DNA of 64,000 nt from Vicugna vicugna. Its lineage: Eukaryota. The notes beneath the pieces are model-generated. The model had not been told where the DNA came from and ran no database searches. It worked only from the letters and a program-made list of their open reading frames with translations. Location of the stretch: positions 992,001 to 1,056,000 of the forward strand of contig MU058714.1 of NCBI GenBank assembly GCA_013265495.1, written 5' to 3'. The translations under genes were made by a program, and so were the position numbers. Of this stretch, positions 63,964 through 64,000 are shown piece after piece (positions within the stretch are counted from its first letter, which is position 1; each line of letters begins with the position of its first letter).

Positions 63964-63965
<2 letters not shown>
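63362..63965 (+). mobile_element. L1 ORF2 3'-end remnant
   Basis: aagtgggactacatcaaactgaaa...gaaacaatcaacaaaatgaaaaaacagcct; tgttggtggggatgtaagtcggtgcagccactgtggaaac; contains (AAAAC)n at ~63538-63562. Confidence 0.85.

Positions 63966-63966
<1 letters not shown>

Positions 63967-63997
<31 letters not shown>
63967..63997. repeat. (AC)n microsatellite
   Basis: Directly visible perfect dinucleotide run. Confidence 0.97.
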
Positions 63998-63999
<2 letters not shown>

Positions 64000-64000
64000 G

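Larger units (their letters stand above)
1..64000 (+). other. RPTOR: Interior of RPTOR transcription unit (introns 5-13, human numbering); both gene ends lie outside the window
   Basis: Eight in-phase exons encode Raptor. Introns: 5311-19823, 19884-42721, 42823-43079, 43225-48690, 48767-52870, 52973-57491, 57576-59369; all GT..AG. No next exon (SCQADLVKDNG...) seen before 64000. Confidence 0.97.

Noticed and set aside
1-64000. A novel multi-gene system, nested gene, snoRNA or miRNA cluster
   Set aside because: No second spliceable coding structure, box C/D or H/ACA guide, or convincing pre-miRNA was recognisable by eye. Infernal/Rfam and RNA-seq would be needed to exclude small ncRNAs.

Overview
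This is mammalian genomic DNA, very GC- and CpG-rich. It is most likely from a camelid (camel, llama or alpaca), judged from a vic-1-type tRNA-derived SINE and camelid-style L1 3' ends recognised from memory. The whole window lies inside RPTOR (Raptor, the mTORC1 scaffold) on the + strand. It holds eight consecutive GT-AG coding exons (human exons 6-13 equivalent). They total 855 nt and splice into one open 285-codon frame, about human aa 219-503 (end of the RNC domain to the start of the HEAT/ARM repeats). The rest is intron: old L1 remnants, one young TSD-flanked 5'-truncated L1, SINEs, MaLR/ERVL LTRs, hAT MITEs and simple repeats. Nearly all ORFs in the supplied track are GC-rich noise. I found no convincing new gene or multi-gene system. 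The most interesting non-standard signals are: (1) a ~0.93 kb array of a near-palindromic 16-nt unit just downstream of the 60-nt exon 7, able to fold back on itself and showing higher-order duplication; (2) old L1 copies that switch abruptly from AT-rich to strongly GC-shifted within one element, suggesting local GC-biased gene conversion; (3) in-frame alternative splice-site candidates at exons 8 and 12; (4) N-runs whose lengths match the missing L1 ORF2 sequence. Repeat family names and human residue comparisons come from remembered consensus sequences, not database searches.
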